DNA from: Candidatus Uhrbacteria bacterium
GTDB lineage: Bacteria > Patescibacteriota > Patescibacteriia > UBA9934 > GWF2-40-263
Direction of reading: 5' to 3'
Assembly: GCA_043808565.1 (NCBI GenBank)
Contig: JAZDEQ010000032.1
Coordinates: forward strand, 1 to 62,217
DNA length: 62,217 bases
The notes under the pieces are model-generated. The model did not search any database and had not been told where the DNA came from. It was given only the letters and a program-made list of their open reading frames with translations. Both the position numbers and the translations under genes were made by a program. Each line of letters opens with the position of its first letter. Position 1 is the stretch's first letter. Below are positions 1-15,000 of this stretch, piece after piece.

Positions 1-10
1 TAGCAACAAT

Positions 11-3000
11 TTGACTTTATCTGGAAATTACACTCAATCCGGCGGCACGTTCACGGGTGGTGCGGCTACGGCAACGTTTGGCGGAGCTTTCTCGCTCTCT
101 GGTGGCACTTTTAATGCCGGTTCGAGTACAAAAACTTTTACTGGCGCTTTCTCCATGTCTGGCGGGGCTTTTAATGGAGACTCGGCGACGCTTGATTTTA
201 ACAATTCTTTTACCATAAATAACGCCGCGGCAACATTTACTTCCACTTCTGGGACATTAACCTTTGATCATGGCTGGAGCCATACTGCCGGTACATTCAA
301 CCACAACAATGGTACGGTGAAATGGGACGGTAGCGGGGTTGGGTCTTATAATTTTGATGTTAATTCTTCCGAAGATTTTTATAATTTAGTTATTGACTGT
401 GGCGGAGCCTCTGCTTGCGCAAGCGACTACGTAGTTATTACCAGCCCTGACAGTTTAAATATTACTCATGATTTATATTTGACCGATGGACAGATTATTG
501 CGGCAGTTGGCGCCACGTTAAATGCCAAAGGCGATATTTATATTACTGATAGTTACTCAGATAGTAATAACGGCCCTTCAACTCTTTATGTCAACGGTAC
601 ATCAGCGCAAAATATCACCTCTTCAGGAACTGGAATTTTATATGGGCATCATTTAAGCATCGCTAATACGACCGGAGTGAGTTTGGGAAGCAATATTTCA
701 TTAACCGGATACAACAGCCGAAATCTCGATTTGTCAGGCACGCTTGATTTGAATGGTTATAACTTAAGTGTTAATGCCACAACGACGGTGTCTAGCGGAG
801 GTAATCTTCGGCTGAAAGGCGGGGAAACTTTTACGGGTACGGCCCCAACCTTGTCGGCCGGTTCCACTGTTACTTATGACGGCGCCGCGGGTCCTTATTC
901 TATTAAAGATTGGACATATACTAGTGCAACTTTGGCCATCAATGGCGGAGCCTCGTCGGTCTTCAATTTTGGCTCCACGGAAACCGTGACCAATTTGACC
1001 ATTACCCAGGGCATCCTGTCGCTTAATGGATATAGCCCGACGGTTTCTTCGACTTTTAGCAATAACGACACACTGCGCCTTAAAGGAAGTGAAACGCCGT
1101 CTCTAACAATGGACACGGATTCCGGCACCGTGCAATTCGTTGGTGACGCCGATTCCGGAGCGGATTCGTATACAGTTACAACCTTGTCGCCAACTTATTA
1201 CAACCTCACGATCAATTCCACCGATGGAGCCACGGACACGTTTGCCTTGGGTTCGGCCGTGGACATTAATAATACCTTTACGTTGACCGCCGGCACTTTC
1301 GATGTCTCCGCAAGCGATTATGCCATGACGGTCGGTGGAAATTTTGCCAAAACCGGAACCTTCACAGCACGTTCCGGAACCGTAACTTTTGATGATGTTA
1401 CAAAAACCTCGGTCATTTCCGGCGCCACTTCGTTCTATGGTCTGCGTTCGGTCACGCCTGATAAAAATATCCAATTTACCGCCAGTGTCACCCAAACCGT
1501 GACCGGAGCTCTTACCTTTACCGGTTCAGCCGATCATCTCATTGTTTTAAGAAGCACTTCTGACGGTACGCGTTGGGGCCTGACCTTGTCCGGCACACAA
1601 AGCGTGGCTTACGTTGATGTCAAGGATTCCGATGCCTCGGGCGGGACGCAAATTACGCCTTCGGCCTCAACCAATTCCCTTAATAACTTGAATTGGAGTT
1701 TTGAAACCATTGAGGTGAATTGGACGGCAACTTCCCAGTCAGCCTCCGAAAGCGCGGGAACTATGACAGTTACAGCTCAACTTTCCCTGGCGACAGCGCT
1801 TGACGTCACAGTTCCATTTACAGTTACCGGCACCGCGACCGGCGGGGGCACCGATTATTCTATTACCGCGAGCCCGATCACCATCACGGCCGGCAATACC
1901 ACGGCCGACATTACAATTACGATCGTAAGCGATTCCGTTGACGAAGCCAACGAAACCGTCATCGTCACCATGGGTGATCCGACGAATGCGACAAAGGGTC
2001 TGGTTGACGTTCACACTGCGACGATTAACGACGACGATGATCCGCCGTCGATCGCCGTGGCCGACGTTGAGGTGGCCGAAGGAATTGGTACAGCTACGGT
2101 CACGGTCACTATGACCGGTACGAGTTATCAAAGTGTTTCAGTAAATTACGCCACCTCAAACGGTACAGCGGTTTCGGGTTCTGATTACACTTCCGCTTCA
2201 AGCACGCTAACCTGGACAGCTGGTCAGACCGGAGCCAAAACGTTTAATGTTTCCATTTCTGATGATTCTCTCGATGAAAATAACGAGACTGTAAATATCA
2301 CTCTTTCCGATGTGGTTAACGGTACAATTTCTGATAGTGCCGGAGTTTTAACTATCACTGACAATGACGATTTGCCAACCGTTGCTTGGACTTCTTCTTC
2401 CCAAGCCGAAAGCGAGGGCGGTGACGGCTCCATGACGGTTACAGCTCAGCTTTCGGCGGTTTCTGGCCGTGATGTTTCTGTTCCGTTCACTGTTACTGGC
2501 ACAGCGACTGGTAGCGGTACTGACTACTCCATTACTGCGAGCCCAATTACTATTACGGCTGGTCAAACCACTTCTAATATTACTATTACAATCACTAATG
2601 ATGTTGTTGATGAAGCTAACGAAACCGTCATTGTAACCATGGACGATCCAACCAATGCCACCAAGGGTGCAACCACAGTTCATACAGCAACAATTAATGA
2701 TAATGATGATATACCGACGGTTTCTTTTACCGCCTCTTCCCAAGCTGAAAGCGAGGGTGGCGACGGCACCATGACCGTGACAGCTGAACTCTCGGCCACT
2801 TCTGGTCTTGATGTTACTGTTCCTTTTGAAGTTACTGGCACAGCCGCTGGTTCTGGAACCGATTATTCCATTACGGTCAGTCCAATAACTATCACGGCAG
2901 GGAATACCACCGCTGATATTATAATTACCATTACTAATGACACCATTGACGAAGCTAATGAAACTGTCATTGTCACCATGGGTTCGCCAACTAATGCCAC

Positions 3001-6000
3001 CCAAGGCGCAACCACAGTTCACACCGCGACGATCAATGACAACGACGATCCGCCAGTTGTCACGGTTACTTCCACTTCCCAATCTAAAGCCGAATCAGCT
3101 GGCACGGCTTCAATCACTGTTCAGATCGATGCGGTTTCTGGCTTAAATGTTTCTGTTCCATTCACTCTTTCTGGCACAGCGGCTACTCCAGCTGATTATA
3201 CGATTACCGTTTCACCAGTAACTATTACTGCTGGTCAAACCACCACAACTATTACTTATACTATTATTGATGACGCCCTTGATGAAAGTTCAGAAACTGC
3301 CATTGTTACTTTGGGTACACCGACCAACGGTACGCTGGGTACTGACACGGTTCATACCCTAACCATTACTGATAACGATGACGCACCAACTGTCTCTTTC
3401 ACTGCTTCTTCTCAAGCCGAAAGCGAGGGTGGCGACGGTACGATGATCGTGACGGCCGAACTTTCGGCTGCTTCTGGCCTTGATGTCACCGTTCCTTTTG
3501 AAATTACCGGTACAGCCACTGGTTCTGGAACCGATTACTCAATTACCGCCAGTCCGATTACAATCACTGCAGGGAATACTACCGCCGATATTACAATTAC
3601 GATTACCAATGATACCATCGATGAAGCCAACGAAACCGTCATTGTCACCATGGGTTCGCCGACTAACGCGACTCAAGGCACAACCACTGTTCACACTGCG
3701 ACGATTAATGATAATGATGATCCGCCAACTGTCGCCGTCGCCGATGTCGAGGTGTCTGAAGGCGTAGGTACAGCCACCGTTACTGTCACCATGACCGGCT
3801 CAAGCTATCAAAGTGTTTCTGTTGATTACGCCACTTCCGATGGTACGGCCGTAGCTGGTTCTGATTATACTTCCGCTTCAAGTACTTTAACCTGGACAGC
3901 CGGTCAGACTGGAGCCAAAACTTTTAATGTAACCATTGCCGATGATTCTGATTATGAGCCTAGTGAAACTGTTAATATAAATCTTTCTAACGTCGTTAAC
4001 GGAACAATTTCTGATGAAGCTGGGGTTTTAACTATTACCAATAACGATGACCCACCAACGGTTTCTTGGACCGCCTCTTCTCATTCGTCTGCCGAATCCG
4101 CTGGTACCATGACAGTTACGGCTCAACTTTCTGCTGTCTCAGGTTTTAATGCTATAATTCCATTCACTCTTTCCGGCACAGCCATTGAAAACACCGACTA
4201 CTCCATCACTGCCACGCCAATCACCATCACGGCCGGGAACACCACAGCTAATATCACTATAACCATTACCGATGACGCTCTTGATGAAGCCAACGAAACC
4301 GTTATTCTAACCATGGGTTCACCAACCAATGCCACCCAAGGCGCCACCACTGTTCACACGGCTACTGTCAATGACAATGACGCAACTCCAACCGTCACTT
4401 TTACCGCCTCATCTCAATCAGCCGCTGAATCTGCCGGCACCATGACAGTTACAGCCCAACTTTCAGCGGTTTCCGGAAGAGATGTCATTGTCCCATTCAC
4501 TATGACTGGCACAGCGACCGGCGGCGGTACCGACTATTCCATCACTGTCTCGCCAATTACGATCACCGCGGGGAATACCACAGCTAATATCACCATAACC
4601 ATTACCAACGATCTTCTCGATGAAGCTAACGAGACTGTCATCATCACCATGGGTGTGCCAACCAATGCCGATCAAGGAACGACCACTGTTCACACCGCCA
4701 CCATTAACGACAACGATGACACACCAACCGTGGCCTGGACAACCTCATCCCAATCCGCTTCAGAAGCGGCCGGTACTATGACAGTGACAGCGGAGCTTTC
4801 GGCGGCTTCTGGTTTGGATATAACTGTTCCCTTTACTCTTTCCGGCACCGCGACTTTAACAGATGATTTTTCTCCTACCTCTTCGCCAATCACTATTACT
4901 GCCGGTTCAACAACTTCAAATATTACCATTACCATAGTTAATGATATTTTTGATGAAAATAATGAAACCGTTGTTGTTACCATGGGTAGTCCGACTAACG
5001 CCACTCAAGGCACAACCATAGAACACACAGCCACAATCAATGACAATGAAGATCCGCCGGTAGTTTCTTGGACAGTTGCTTCACAATCAGGTGATGAATC
5101 TGCCGGTACTATGACTGTAACCGCGACTTTGTCTGAGGTTTCCAATCTTGATGTTACTGTCCCATACACCCTCACCGGTACAGCCACTGGCTCGGGCACT
5201 GATTATTCTATTACTGCCTCGCCGATTATTATTGAATCAGGAAATTTAACGGCTGCTGTTACAGTTACTTTAGTTGACGACTTGATCGATGAATTAAACG
5301 AAACTGTTATTGTCACAATCGGTGATCCGACTAATGCCACAAGAGGAGCCGCTTATGTTCACACGGTCACAATCAACGATAACGATGCATCGCCTAGTTT
5401 AGCTATTGCGGATAATTCAGTTGCCGAAGACGGCGGTTCAGTTACGGTTACTGTCACCATGACCGGTGTTTCTTCACAAACAGTTTCGGTTGATTATAGC
5501 ACTTCAAACAATACGGCCGTGGCCGGTTCTGATTATACTAATAAATCAGGAACCTTAACTTGGACGGCCGGTCAAACAGGTGATAAAACTTTCACAGTAT
5601 CTATTACTGAAGATGCTTTAGATGAAGAAAACGAAACCTTTGTTATTTCTCTTTCTAATGTCAGTAACGGAACTATTTCCGATTCATCGGCTACGATAAC
5701 CATTAATGATAACGATAATGCGCCAACCGTGGCCTGGACTTCGTCTTCACAATCTGGCGATGAAGACGTTGGAACTTTTACGGTTACGGCTCAACTTTCA
5801 GCGGTTTCGGGAAAAAATGTTTCTATCCCGTTTACTCTTTCAGGAACAGCTACCAATAACGGAACCGATTATTCATCTACAGCCAGCCCGATCACCATCA
5901 CAGCAGGTTCCACCACAGCCAATATTACTTTGACCATTGTTAACGATGTTTTACCAGAAGCCAATGAAACTATTGTGGTTACCATGGGTAATCCAACAAA

Positions 6001-9000
6001 TGCCACTAAAGGTGTCACAACTGTTCACACGGCTACTGTCAATGACAATGACGCAACTCCAACCGTCACTTTTACCACCGCATCTCAATCAGCCGTTGAA
6101 TCCGCCGGCACCATGACAGTTACAGCTCAACTTTCAGCGGCTTCTGGTTTGGATATAACTGTTCCCTTTACTCTTTCCGGTACAGCCATTGAAAACATCG
6201 ACTATTCCATCACAGCCACACCAATCACCATCACGGCCGGGAACACCACAGCTGACATTACCATAACCATTACCGATGACGCCCTTGATGAAGCCAACGA
6301 AACCGTCATTCTAACCATGGGTTCACCAACCAATGCCACCCAAGGCGCCACTACGGTTCACACGGCTACTATCAATGACAATGACGCAACTCCAACCGTC
6401 ACTTTTACCGCCTCATCTCAATCAGCCGCCGAATCTGCCGGTACCATGACAGTTACAGCCCAGCTTTCGGCGGTCTCTGGCCGTGATGTTTCGGTTCCGT
6501 TTACTGTTACTGGCACAGCCACTGGCAGCGGAACAGACTATTCCATCACTGCCACGCCAATCACCATCACGGCAGGGAATACCACAGCCGATATAACCAT
6601 AACTATCACCAACGATCTTCTCGATGAAGCTAACGAGACTGTCATTCTAACCATGGGTTCACCGACTAACGCAACTCAGGGAATTACCACGGTTCATACA
6701 GCAACCATCAATGATAACGATGACGCACCAACCGTATCTTTCACCACCTCTTCTCAAGCTGAAAGCGAAGGGGGCGATGGTACCATGACAATTACTACTG
6801 AACTTTCGGCGGCTTCTGGTTTGGATATAACGGTCCCCTTTACTGTTACTGGAACGGCCACTGGTTCTGGCACTGACTATTCCATCACAGCCACACCAAT
6901 CACCATCACCGCAGGGAATACCACAGCTGACATCACCATAACTATTACCAATGACGCTCTTGATGAAGCCAACGAAACCGTTATCGTCACCATGGGTTCA
7001 CTAACCAATGCTACTCAAGGAACTACCACGGTTCATACAGCAACAATAAACGATGACGATGATGTCCCGACTGTGGTTTGGACAGTGGGTTCTCAATCTG
7101 CCGCTGAATCTGCCGGTACCATGACGGTTACAGCTCAGCTTTCTTTTGCTTACGGTCTTGATGTTGCGGTTCCGTTTACTGTGACTGGTACGGCTACTGG
7201 TTCGGGAAATGATTATTCAATTACTGCCAGTCCAATCACTATCACGGCGGGTTCCACCACGGCCAATATTACTGTTTCTATTGTTGATGATTTTTATGAT
7301 GAAGCTAACGAAACCGTTATCGTTACTATGGGCGATCCGACTAATGCCACCAAAGGCACCACTACGGTTCATACTGCGACAATAAATGACAATGACGAGA
7401 CTCCAACTGTGGCTTGGACAGCTTCTTCTCAAGCTGAAAGCGAAAGTGGTGATGGTACTATGACTATCACAGCTCAGCTTTCTTTTACTTCAGCTTTTGA
7501 TGTCACTATCCCATTCACTCTTACCGGTACAGCCACTGGTTCCGGAACTGATTACTCGATTACAGCTAGTCCAAGCACCATCACAGCGGGAAACACTACG
7601 GCTGATATTACCATTACAATCACCAACGACACTCTCGATGAAAATAACGAAACCGTCATTGTCACCATGGGCGATCCAACCAATGCCACTCAAGGCGCAA
7701 CCACAGTTCATACAGCAACTATTAATGACGATGACGAAACCCCAACCGTTACTTTTACCACCTCATCTCAATCTGCCGCCGAATCAGTTGGTACCATGAC
7801 TATTACAGCCGAGCTTTCTGCTGTTTCTGGTCGCGATGTTTTGGTTCCATACACTCTCACCGGCACAGCCACTGGTTCTGGAACTGATTACTCGATTACA
7901 GTTAGTCCAATCACTGTCACTGCCGGGAATACCACTGCCGACATTACCATTACCATAACGAACGACACTCTTGATGAAAATAATGAAACCGTAATCGTCA
8001 CCATGGGCAGCCCAACCAACGCTACCCAAGGTGCCACCACGGTTCATACGGCCACGATAAATGATAATGACGACACACCAACCGTATCTTTCACCGCTTC
8101 TTCTCAATCAGCCGTCGAATCAGCCGGTACCATGACTATTACAGCCGAGCTTTCTGCTGTTTCCAGTCTTGGTGTTGTTGTCCCATACACTCTTACCGGC
8201 ACAGCCACTGGCTCTGGCACTGACTATTCCATCACCACCACCCCAATCACTATTACAGCCGGCCAAACCACGGCTGATATAACCATTACCATCACCAACG
8301 ACACTCTTGATGAAAATAATGAAACCGTCATTGTCACCATGGGCAGCCCAACCAATGCCACCCAAGGTACCACCACGGTTCATACGGCAACAATTGAAGA
8401 TAATGATGCTACACCAACTGTGGCTTGGACAGCCTCTTCACAAACCGCGGCTGAAACAGTTGGAACCATGACAGTTACAGCCCAACTTTCGGCCGCTTCA
8501 GGTCTCGAGGTTTCCGTTCCATTTACTGTGACTGGTACGGCCGCTGGTTCTGGAAACGATTATTCAATTACAGCCAGTCCAATCACAATTACTGCCGGTC
8601 AAACCACGGCCAATATTACTATTTCGGTTGTTGATGACCTTCTTGATGAAGCCAACGAAACCGTCATTGTCACCATGGGCAGCCCAACCAATGCCACCCA
8701 AGGTACCACCACGGTTCATACGGCAACGATCAATGACAACGAAGGTTCGCCAGAAGTTTATTGGTCAGCCTCGTCTCAATCAGCAGCGGAGAACGCCGGC
8801 GTCATGACAGTCACTGCTGAATTATCTGCGGCTTCGGGTTTAGATGTTATCGTTCCATTTACTATTACTGGCACAGCCACTGGCTCTGGCACTGACTATT
8901 CCATCACCGCCAGCCCAATTACTATCACAGCTGGGAATACCACTGCCGATATCACCATTACCACAACGAACGATACTCTCGATGAAACCAACGAAACCGT

Positions 9001-12000
9001 TATTGTCACCATGGGTTTGCCAACTAACGCAACCCAGGGAACCCCCACAGTTCATACGGCCACTATCAATGATAACGATAATCCGCCAACTGTTTCATGG
9101 ACCGTGGTTTCGCAAGACGCCGATGAATCAGAAAATATAATTGTTACAGCTCAAATTTCTGCCCTGTCCAGTTTTGATGTTACTGTACCTTTCACAATTT
9201 CTGGTACAGCAATTGAAAGCACTGATTATACGATTACTGCCAGTCCGATTACTATTTTGGCTGGTCAAAACACCGCCCAAGCTATCATTACGGTTACAGA
9301 TGATGTACCAGATGAAGTTAACGAAACTATCGTACTTACAATTGGCGATCCAACCAACGCCACCAAAGGTGCCACTACAGAGCAAACCGCAGTCATTTTG
9401 GATAACGATAGTCCACCAACAGTCAGCTGGACAACAGACATTCAATCTGCTGCCGAATCAACAGGCACCATAACTGTGACAGCTCAGCTTTCCGCGGTTT
9501 CTGGAAAAAATATTTCCATCCCATACACTCTCACCGGCACAGCTGCTGGTTCCGGGACAGACTATTCCATTACAGCTTCGCCGATTTCTATTACGGCCGG
9601 TTCAACCACCGCAAATGTTACAATTACAATTACTAATGATGTTCTCGATGAAGATAACGAAACTGTTATCGTCACTCTGGGTGACCCAACCAATGCCAGC
9701 AGAGGTTTAACATCTGTTCATACGGCAACCATTGAAGACAATGACGAAATGCCAGTGGTTAGTTTTACTTCAGCCAGCCAGTCTGGTTCTGAAGCGGCTG
9801 GCACCCTAACACTTGTCGCGGAAATTTCCGCGGTTTCCGGTCGTGGTGTTTCTATTCCTTTTACAGTTACCGGTACAGCCACTGGTAGCGGCGAAGATTA
9901 TTCCGTCACCACCTCGCCAATTACTATGGCGGCTGGTCAAACCACGGCTGAAATTACTATTAATCTTACCGATGATTCTTATGATGAGTTAGATGAAACT
10001 GTTATTATTACCATGGGTAACCCAACCAATGCCACCAATGGAGCGGCGACTGTTCACACTGCTACTATCGAAGACAATGACCCAACTCCGTTAGTTAATT
10101 GGACAATTTCTTCGCAGACTTTTTCTGAAAATGGAAATGAAATTACTTTAACCGCTGAATTATCTGGCGCTTCTGATTTAACGGTTTCAATACCGTTTAC
10201 ATTATCTGGTATAGCCACGGGTGATGGTGCGGATTATTCTATTTCTGCTTCGCCTTTGGTTATAAATCCTCGACAAACTTCGGTCAATATTACCATAACG
10301 ATTACCGATGATATTCTCGACGAAGCCAATGAAACCGTTATCGTTACTATTGGTAATCCAATCAATGCTCTTATTGGCACAACTACAGTTCATACACTCA
10401 CTATCACAGACAATGACGATCCGCCTACTGTTTCTTTTACAACCGCTTCTCAGTCAGCTGCTGAATCAACCAACATGACCATAACAGCGCAGTTATCTAC
10501 GGTTTCCAGTTTTAATGTCTCCCTACCTTTTACTGTTACTGGCACGGCCACTGGTTCTGAAACTGACTATTCTATAACCACTTCGCCAATCACAATCACG
10601 GCCGGTTCTACCACGGCTGATATTACAATTACCGTGATCGATGATGATCTTGATGAAAACAATGAAACTGTCATTATTACCATGGGCAACCCAACCAATG
10701 CCACTAAAGGCGCAATAACAGTTCATACAGCAACAATAAATGATAATGATGAAGCACCAACCGTGGCGTGGACTTCGGTTTCCCAATTTGTTGCTGAATC
10801 AGTCGGATCTTTTAATTTAATGGTTCAAGCCAGCGCGATTTCTGGTCGCGACATTACCGTACCGTTTACAATCAATGGCACAGCTGTTGGTTCCGGCACT
10901 GATTACACTATTCTTGAAAGCTCGGTTACGATTTTAACTGGTGAAACAACCGCCAATGTTTCGGTTTCAATAATTGATGATGCAATTGATGAAATTAATG
11001 AAACCATTGTTATTACCATGGGCGATCCGACCAATGCCACCAAGGGGGCTTCCACTGTTCATACGATCAATATAACTGATAATGATCCGCCGCCTTCAAT
11101 TGTTGTTTCTGATATTGAGGTTTCTGAAGGGATCGGTACAGCCGCTGTTACAGTCACTATGACCGGCACGAGTTCGCGAAGTGTTTCAGTTGATTATTTA
11201 ACTTCAGATGATACAGCCTTGTCTGGTTCTGATTACACCGCGACTTCCGGCACTCTAACCTGGACGGCTGGTCAAACCGGAGTCAAAACTTTTAATGTTT
11301 CTATAATCAATGACACAATTGATGAAAACAACGAAACTCTTAATTTAACTCTTTCCAATGTAGTGAATGGAACAATTTCAGATAGTGCCGCAATTCTAAC
11401 CATTACGGATAACGACGATCCGCCGGTTGTCTCTGTCACTGCCACCTCCCAATCCAAATCCGAATCAGCCGGCACCGCCACAGTTACTGTCCAACTCAAC
11501 ACCGTCTCTGGTTTAGACGTTACAATTCCATTCACTCTTTCTGGCACAGCTACCAACAACACTGATTACTCCATTACCGCTTCACCAGTCACCATTCTCG
11601 CCGGCCAAACCACAACCATCATCACTTACACCATCACCGATGACGTTCTCGACGAAGCTAATGAAACGGCTATTGTCACACTTGGCGCCCCCACGAACGG
11701 CACGCTTGGCACAGACACGATTCATGCCCTGACTATTACCGATAACGACGATCCGCCAACCGTTACTGTCACGGCCACTTCCCAATCCAAATCCGAAGAA
11801 ACAGAAACAGCCACGGTTACCGTCCAACTCAATACAGCCTCAGGTTTAGATGTCACCATTCCATTTGCTCTCTCTGGTACGGCCATTAACGAAACTGATT
11901 ACACCATCACCGCCTCGCCAGTCACGATCACCGCCGGTCAAACCACAACCACCATAACTTACACCATCACCGATGACGTTCTCGACGAAGCCAATGAAAC

Positions 12001-15000
12001 GGCTATTGTCACGCTTGTTGTACCAACGAATGGCACGCTTGGTTCTGACACGGTTCACGCTCTAACCATCACCGATAACGACGATCCACCAACCGTATCT
12101 TGGACAGCTTCTTCTCAATCAGCTAATGAAGATGCGGGAACTATGACCGTGACGGCCGAGCTTTCAACGGTTTCTGGAAAAGATATTTCTATTCCTTTCA
12201 CTCTCTCCGGCACAGCCACTGGTTCAGGTGCTGATTATTCCATTGTGGCCAGTCCAATCATTATCACCGCAGGGAATACCACAGCTGATATCACGATTAC
12301 CCTTATCAATGATATTCTCGACGAAGCTAATGAAACCATTATCGTTACCATGGACGATCCAACCAATGCGACTAAAGGAGATACTACGGTTCATACCGCC
12401 ACCATTACCGATAACGATGATCCACCAATTGTCACAGTTTCCTCTACCTCACAATCTAAATCCGAAGAAACAGAAACAGCCACGGTTACCGTCCAACTCA
12501 ATACAGCCTCTGGTTTAGATGTCACAATTCCATTCACTCTCTCTGGCACAGCCACAAACAACACTGATTATTCCATCACCGCCTCGCCAGTCACCATTTC
12601 TGCTGGTCAAACTACAACCACCATCACCTACACCGTCACCGATGACGTTCTCGATGAAGCCGGCGAAACCGCCATTGTCACACTTGGCGCCCCCACGAAC
12701 GGCACGCTTGGTTCTGACACGGTTCATACCTTAACCATCACCGATAACGACGATTCACCAACTGTGGCCTGGACAGCTTCTTCTCAATTAGTTGATGAAT
12801 CAACTAATTCCATAACTGTTACGGCTCAACTTTCAGTTGTTTCCGGTCTTGATGTTTCTATACCTTTTTCTGTTACTGGTACAGCCACGGGCGGTGGTAC
12901 TGATTATTCAATTTCTGCTTCACCGATTACGATCATTGCTGGCCAAACTACGGCCAATATTGTTGTTTCGCCAGTCAACGATCTGGTTGATGAAATCAAT
13001 GAAACAATAATTGTCACCATGGGCGAGCCAGTCAATGCCATCCAAGGCGCCACCACAATTCATACCGCAACCATAAACGACGACGATGCCACACCAACCA
13101 TAACTATTGAAGATAAAGAGGTTGTCGAAAGCGAAGATTCGGTTTTAATGACTTTAAATTTAACCGGCGTTAGCAGTCGTGATATTTCTGTTGATTATTC
13201 CACGACCGATGGAACCGCCGTGACTGGTGATGATTACATTGAAACTACCGGAACTGTTACTTGGTTAGCTGGGCAAACCGGAGAAAAAACTTTCGAAATT
13301 TTAGTAATAGACGATCTTTTAGACGAAGAAACCGAAAGTTTGAATTTGCTTTTGGCCAATTCGGTTAATGCAGAAATTAGTGACGCTTCAGCTAGTTTAA
13401 CCATTACCGACAATGACGATATACCGACCGTTGTCTGGTCCAGTTTGTCTCAAGAAGTTGATGAAGGCGTTGACGAAGTTGTTGTTACGGTCGAGCTTTC
13501 AGCTGTCTCGGGTCTTGATATTACAATTCCATTCGCCCTAACTGGCACAGCCATCAATGCTGATTATTCTGTCACAGCTAGTCCAATCACGATTACTGCG
13601 GGTCAAGCTTCGGCTAATATTGTTGTGGCGGTTGTAGACGACGCTTTAGACGAGAATAACGAAACTATTATTTTGACCATGGGCAATCCGACCAATGCCA
13701 ATAAAGATTCAGCTGACGCTTCGACGGTTTCTGTTTTTGACAACGATGACCCGCCAACTGTCAGTTGGTCAGCTTCAACTCAAAATGCCGATGAAGATTC
13801 AGAAACCATGACCGTGACAGCTGAACTTTCCACTGTCTCTGGTCTTGGTGTCACAATTCCTTTTGTTGTTTCTGGATCAAGCACGGCTACTGGAAGTGGA
13901 ACCGATTACTCCATTACAGCTTCGCCAATTATTATTACGGCTGGTCAAACCACGGCTGAAATTACTATTAATCTTACCGATGATTCTCTTGATGAAAACA
14001 ACGAAACAGTTATTTTGACCATGGGTGATCCAACTAACGCTACTTTAGGTGTTGTTACTACTCATACAGCAACGATTAATGATAATGATGCGCTGCCAGT
14101 AGTGAATTGGGGATTATCAACTCAAGAAGTTGACGAAGACGAAGAAACTGCAACTGTTTCAGCCGCCATAACCGCAGTTTCTGGTTTGGCTGTGGTTTTG
14201 TCTTGGGAATTATCTGGCACAGCCGCTTCTGGCACAGATTTTTCAATTGAAGATGAATTGCTGACTATTCCGGCTGGATCCTTAACTGCAGAATTTTCTA
14301 TAAATATTACCGATGATTTTGTTGATGAAAATAGTGAGACGATTATTTTGGAAATGACGGGAATTGAAAACGCCACGGCCGGTCAAACCACCCAAACCAT
14401 CACCATTGAAGATAATGATTCAGCTGCGTTGACTGTCACCGAATCTTCTGGCTCAACAGTTGTTTCAGAAGTTGGTTTTACTGATTCGTTTCTGGTGGCC
14501 TTATCGTCCGAGCCGTTAGACGAGGTTTCTGTTTTAATTGAAACCAATGGTCAAACTTCAGTTTCTTTATCTAATCTAACTTTTACTTCAGCTAATTGGA
14601 GTACACCACAAGAAATAACTGTTTTGGCCGTTGACGACGATATAGCCGAAGGCGACCACAATGATTCCATCAGAATAATTTCTGCCAGTGACGATACTCT
14701 TTACGATAATTTAGAAGAAACCTTTTCGGTTGAAGTTTCTGATAACGACACGGCCGGTGTGGCGGTTAGTGCGATTTCCGGTGATGTTTCCGAGGGTGGT
14801 GGCTCGGCCACTTTTGAAGTGGTTTTGACTTCACAACCAACTTTTGAGGTTATTATTTCTTTTGAAAGTTCTGATGAAACTGAAGGCGAAATGGATCCAA
14901 TGGATATTTTCTTTACACCTGAAGATTGGAATGTGCCACAAACTATTACCGTGACCGGAGCCGATGATTTTGTGGATGACGGCGATCAAGGTTTTGATAT

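Noticed and set aside
895-14376. There are dozens of 60-240-aa ORFs on the minus strand and in alternative plus frames inside the giant gene (for example 2348-3082, 1739-2131, 7784-8107).
   Set aside because: They are shadow ORFs created by the repetitive, stop-poor composition of the Calx-beta array. Their translations are low-complexity (Gly/Arg/Asn/Cys-rich) and they repeat with the same ~335-nt period as the sense-strand units.
1703-14422. The regular ~335-nt periodicity could suggest a CRISPR-like or satellite array.
   Set aside because: The period is far longer than CRISPR repeat-spacer units. There are no short conserved repeats separated by unique spacers, and the whole region is a single open reading frame with protein-level conservation.
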